A stretch of DNA of 64,000 nt, taken from Gracilinanus agilis (lineage: Eukaryota). The stretch's first letter is position 1. Each line of letters opens with the position of its first letter. The position numbers and the translations under genes are program-made. The stretch lies in NCBI RefSeq assembly GCF_016433145.1, contig NC_058134.1, forward strand, positions 283,761,249 to 283,825,248, written 5' to 3'. This document shows, one piece after another, positions 58,967 to 64,000 of the stretch. A model generated the notes under the pieces. It saw only the letters and a list, made by a program, of their open reading frames with translations. It made no database searches and was not told the DNA's origin.

Positions 58967-60036
58967 GGTTGATTGTTTTGTTGATTGTCTAGATTTTAGA
59001 AAAGATGGAGAAAGTGTTAATGCAGATTAAACCTAAAAGTGTGGCTTGCATACATTTTCTCTCCCCCCACCCCAACTCCTTCCCAAAGCTGGTTGTTAAA
59101 GATTTACCAGCACACTCCTGCTTACAGTCCTCAAATGATTCTGCCATCTCCCTGGCATGGGTATTGGTGTGTATCATAGCCCATCCATGCCTTGACATGC
59201 TCTGCAATTCTTGTCCATTTACATATATATATGATATCCAAAGAGAAGTAGCTCCCTAACATGCTGGAGGTCTTCTTCTAGGGCTTTATGTTTGTGGATG
59301 GAGGCCAAAGACTTGGGTTATCTATCTGTTGATGACATGATTGTGCCAGCTCCTTTTCTGTACCCACATTTCCAGATTGAGATTCTTCACGACACTTCTT
59401 GAGTATGGGTCCTCTTTAGAAATTGAACCTATTTCTCGGAGGAGAGCAGAGTGTTCAACCTTTAGCCTGGCAAGAATTCTTCCTGGCAAGAATCAAAGTC
59501 TCCCTGGGAGAAGGATGGAGGGAGGAGATCCTAGAGAAATCTATTCATGACTCCCTTTAAGCCACACCCAGGCAGAACTATGTGGACAGGAATAACCTGT
59601 ACAGGCAACACATATACACACCTACACTCTAAGAAGGCAATTAAAATTAGAATGCAAGCAGGAAATGGGGAAAACAATCGTGGAAGTACATTTCTCTGAT
59701 AAAGATCTCATGTTGAAGACCTCTAAGCAAGTGACTCAAATTTATAAGACCCCAAACCATTCTTTACCAGATAAATAATTCAAGGATATGAGCCTGTGGT
59801 TTTCAAAGGAAGAAGTCTAAGCCGTCAACAACCATGAACAAAAGGTTCCAAATCACTGGCAAATAAAGAAGGGCAAATGAAAGAAACTCTGAAGTTCTAC
59901 CTCATCATCATTAGATTAGCTAAGATGACAAAATGGGAAAATGATACCTGTAGAGGGGTTGTAGGAAAACACTTGTATCCTGTTGGTGGAGCTGTGAATT
60001 GGGCCAGACATTTTGAAAAGCAATTTTGATCCAATC

Positions 60037-60267
60037 AGAGGTATGTTGGAGCTAACTCAAACCAGCTTGTGAGAACCGATTGTTAAATTTTCAGTATGAG
60101 TTTCAGAAATAGACAAATGCTACCCATCAGGGCTTCATTTACTATTTTTTGTTGATTGTCCAATGATGGAGAACATGCTAATAATACAGATTAAATTTAA
60201 AAGTGTGCCACATGTACAATTTTTTTTTCTCCTCAGTCAGTTAAATATTTACCAGAACACTCCAACT
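60037..60267 (-). mobile_element. MER63/Blackjack-like hAT remnant (related copy at ~58645-59060, interrupted by a SINE)
   Basis: The two copies are mutually similar. The end gttaaatatttaccagaacactc reads gagtgttctggtaaatatttaac on minus, resembling the MER63 terminus as I recall it. Confidence 0.45.
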
Positions 60268-61399
60268 AAGAGATTAAAGGAAATATCTGTACAAAAATTG
60301 GTATAGAATCTGGAAAAACTGGAAACTAAGGGGGTATCCACCTATTAGGCAATGGCTAAACAATTTGCTGTGTAATAGAATGTAATAGAATAGGCGCAGT
60401 TGTTTGGGTGTAGTATATATATATAGCGTTGGTTCTGGAGTCAGGAAGACTCATCTTTCTAGTTCAAATTTGGCTTCAGACATTTATTAGCTATGTGACC
60501 TTGGGTAAGTCACTTAACCCTGTTTGCCTCAAGCTTGAACCCTAATTTCAACTCATCTGTAAAATGAAGAAGGAGTAAAATGGAGAAGGAGATGACAAAC
60601 CTCTCCTGTATCTTAGGGGTCATGAAGAGTTGGATATGACTGAAATGACTCAACAACAGTGGGGGAATTTCTTTTACTTGACTATGTCTGTTTCTTACAA
60701 GGATTTTGTTTTTGTTTTTTAAGGGATGAGTGGGATGGAGAAAAAAACGAGTGTTTGTTATTTGAAAAAAAAAATTTAAATAAATAGTTAATGAAGGGCA
60801 AATAGGAGTGGCCAAACAACCCTGATTGATCCATCACTCCTTCATCTTGGACTTTATTCTCTCTTTCACATTTCTCTTCTTTCTTTCATCATTTTGATTC
60901 AGACTTTTCTAGAGGAGTAGACAGGGTTTTAGAGATAAGCAAAAGGTGCATAAATGGCAAGCATGATGAGAAATATTGCAGCTGGCTCAGGCAATGAGAG
61001 CAGATGACACAGAAAAGGGGGAGAGGGGAGGAAATAAGCATTTATTTTAGCACTTATTGAGTGCCAATCACTGTATTACGTGCTTTACAAATATTAACTC
61101 ATTTGATCTACACAACCAAGCATGAACCAAGATTGATTAAGGACCCACAGATACTATATATCTTGTACATTTTTTTTTTTTTGTGGTTGATGACCTAGGA
61201 ATGGGAGATTTCCTCTTTTTCTTTTCTTTAATCTGTGAACCTAAAATGGTAGAGTGAATGTTTCTCTGGTCTTTCCTCTGTTACATATGTGAGTGATTGG
61301 GAAATCTTCCATTTACACTAGAGACCTAAAAAGGATGAGATGTAAAAGGAGGAGATTATATTGTCTTTTGCATTTCAATTCTTTTTTTTTTTTTTTAAA

Positions 61400-63780
61400 C
61401 AACATGATTGGCCAAGATGGCGAAGTAAGAAATGCTTGGATCTTGTCTGCTACCCTCCAAACAACTACAGAAGAACAAAAATGTCTCAAAATGAATCCGG
61501 AAGTGGCAGAACTAACAGAAGAAGAGGTAGAGCAATACTCTGGTCCAGAACAGTGTGGAGAGACAACAAAGAGGACTCATCTAGCTGGGGTAGGAGGAGG
61601 GAGTGCTGAACAAGTGTTAGTGGAAGTTGGATGTGATACAGCACAAGTGGCAGAAAGAGCACAGTGGACTCAGTTCAGCCTTAGCAGGGGAAGAGCAGAA
61701 ACCAAGGCAAAACAGAACTGGCTGCAGTGGGAGGAAAGCAGTCCCACATAGTCCAGCCATAACAGAGGCCAGATAAGACCCAATACAGGCATCAGTGGGA
61801 GGAGTTGAGTCCAACAAAACCTCAGTGGGATTGGGAAGCATCTGAACTGAACAGCTGCAGACCTCCACAGAGCAGGAACAACCAGGTCAACTCTGCTAAG
61901 TGCTCAATCTAGGACCCAGACAGCTGAGCCAACCCCAGGCACAGTATAAGTGATGGACAGTACTCTCCATCCCAGGAATGGAGCTAAGCTTCAGCATATA
62001 GACAAAATCAAAGGGAAAAAATAACTCCAAAAATGAACAAAAGTCAGAGAAAAAGCCCAATACTAGACATAAATTTCAGCAACAAAGATGACCAAAATGT
62101 AAGAGCAGAAAAGGAAAACAATACAAAAATGAAAATGTGTGAAGCCTCAAAGGAAAATATGAAAGGATGTCAAGCCCAAAATTAACTCCTGGAAGAGCTC
62201 CAAAAAAGGACAGAAAAACATACAATAAGATATTTAGAAGAAAAATTAGAAAAGAAAATAATAGAAAAAATCAACATCTTAAAACAAAAATTTAATGAAG
62301 AAAACAATTCTTTAAAAAAAGGAAATACAACATCTCAAAAAAGAAAAATAACCTAAGAAAGGAAAGGAAGTACAAAACCTTAACAAAGAAAATGGCTCCC
62401 TAAAAATTAAAATTGGACAAACAGAAGCCAGTGATTTCATAAGATAGCAGGAAACAAAAAAATGAAAAAAAAAAAAAAGAAGAAACTAAAATCACTGGAA
62501 AAAACAACCAACCTGGAAAATAGATGCACGAGAGATAATCCAAGAATTACTGGATTATCTGAAAGTCATGATCAGAAAAAAAAAAAAACAAAAAACCAAA
62601 ACACCTGGACACTATATTGCAAGACATCATCAGGGTAAACTGTTCTGATGTTCTTGAATAAGAGGAGAAAATAGAGAAAAAGTTTCTTTCTCTTGAAAGA
62701 AACCCCAAATTTAAAAATTCTAGACTCTTGTAGCCCAATTCCAGAACTTCCAAGCTATGGAGATAATATGATAAAGAGCCAGAAAACACAATTCAAATAT
62801 TGTAGAACCCCAATCAAGATTACACTGGATCTAGTAGCTTAAAAGATCAGAAGGCATGGAATATGATATTCCACAAGGGAAAAAAGTCTGGCTTATAACC
62901 CCAAATCATCTACCCAATGAAACAGCATAATACTCCAGGGGAAGAAATGGATATTTAATGAAATAGAGGACTTAGAGGCATTCCTGTTGAAATGACCAGA
63001 GCTAAAAAGGAAATCTGATGAGCAAATTTGACACTCAAGAGAAGCATAGAAAGGTAAAGAGAAAAAACTCAAGAGAATTAGTAGGGTCAAACTAATCATT
63101 TCCCAGCATGAGAAAGTGATAACTAGAATACTTAAGATTTCTATGGTGAAAGAGATATTCAAGATATTTAAGATCCTTTAAGGTAATCAATGGAAACAGT
63201 GAGATTAAAAAGATTAAATTATTAGTAAGAAGGTCATAACCTATGAAACCCACTAAACCCTTTTATGATTATAACAATAGAATAACATAATTGTTAGTTA
63301 ACCCATATAAATCATCAGCATTTCTTTATACTACCAATAAAGCCCAACAGCAAGAGAGAAAGAAAAATCCCATTTAAAGTAGCTGTAGACAATATAAAAT
63401 ACTTGGGCATCTACCTGCCCAGGAACCATATGATCACAACTACAAAACACTTTTCACACAAATTAAGTCAGATCTAAACAATTGGAAAAAAACACCGTTC
63501 ATGGGAAAGCTGATAATAAAATAATAAAATAAAATAAAAGTTGATAATAAAAATGATAATTCTACCTAAATTAATTTTTTTATTCAGTGCCATACCAACC
63601 AAACTACCCCAAAATTATTTCATAGAGCTAGAAAAAAAATTTATCTGGAAGAACAAAAGACCTAGGAAATCAAGGGAATTCATGAAAAAAAAACCACCAA
63701 AAAACCTTAGCTCTGTACTTGATCTCAAACTATATTATAAAGAAGCAATCACAAAAACATTGAGGCTTGGCTTTTAAAAG
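61400..63780 (+). mobile_element. Degraded L1: 5'UTR, ORF1 remnant and ORF2 RT C-terminal remnant with large internal deletion
   Basis: Starts ggccaagatggcg. ORF1-like region ~62030-63050 (YPxKxSIILQGKKWIFNEIEDLEAFL). After a short spacer it jumps to ORF2 HKSSAFLY / IKYLGIYLP / [15 protein letters not shown]. Many stops and frameshifts. Confidence 0.8.
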
Positions 63781-64000
63781 AAATGGTAACCAATCAACCA
63801 ACACGCAGTTATTAAACACCTTCTATGTGCTAGGCAGAATCGAGGTCTTGACTTTTATTCATTTCTATTTTTTGGTGCAAATAGAATATATGTTAGTTTG
63901 GAATTGTGCATCCGTCTCCTTTTTTGGGAAACAACCTTTGCTTTACCTAGATAATGGTCTGTTTTGCACACTAACGGCTGATTCTGAAATGATTTCTGTG

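Noticed and set aside
1-64000. CRISPR arrays, rRNA, true tRNA genes, prokaryotic or viral inserts
   Set aside because: None seen. All tRNA-like A/B boxes belong to SINE heads, and no regularly spaced repeat-spacer structure exists.

Overview
Vertebrate genomic DNA from a marsupial. The SINE, MAR1 and L1 content fits a didelphid opossum such as Monodelphis domestica. The window holds the conserved cluster found on human 12q13: CD63 (+), RDH5 (-), BLOC1S1 (-), ITGA7 (+) and TMT1B/METTL7B (-). All five reading frames could be rebuilt exon by exon with GT-AG junctions and consistent phase: 238, 318, 125, about 1126 (X2B isoform) and 244 aa. Only about 4 nt of ITGA7 exon 2 fall in an assembly gap. 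The ITGA7 mutually exclusive exons X1/X2 and the frame-shifting alpha7A exon are intact. The remainder is introns and intergenic DNA rich in SINEs, L1/L2/CR1 fragments, hAT MITEs and microsatellites, with four N gaps. I see no new protein-coding system. The most interesting signals are at the RNA level or in mobile DNA: (1) a young TSD-flanked chimeric retroposon with an RTE-like head, a tRNA-SINE body, a foreign tail and A30; (2) a 9-bp element that is a poly(A) signal on both strands between convergent ITGA7 and TMT1B; (3) the BLOC1S1 IRE1/RIDD stem-loop with a mismatch in its stem; (4) candidate splicing controls around ITGA7 X1/X2 and alpha7A (distant branch point, poison micro-exon, RBFOX clusters); (5) an unexplained degenerate tandem array in ITGA7 intron 1. 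Repeat family names and comparisons to human come from memory, not from database searches.
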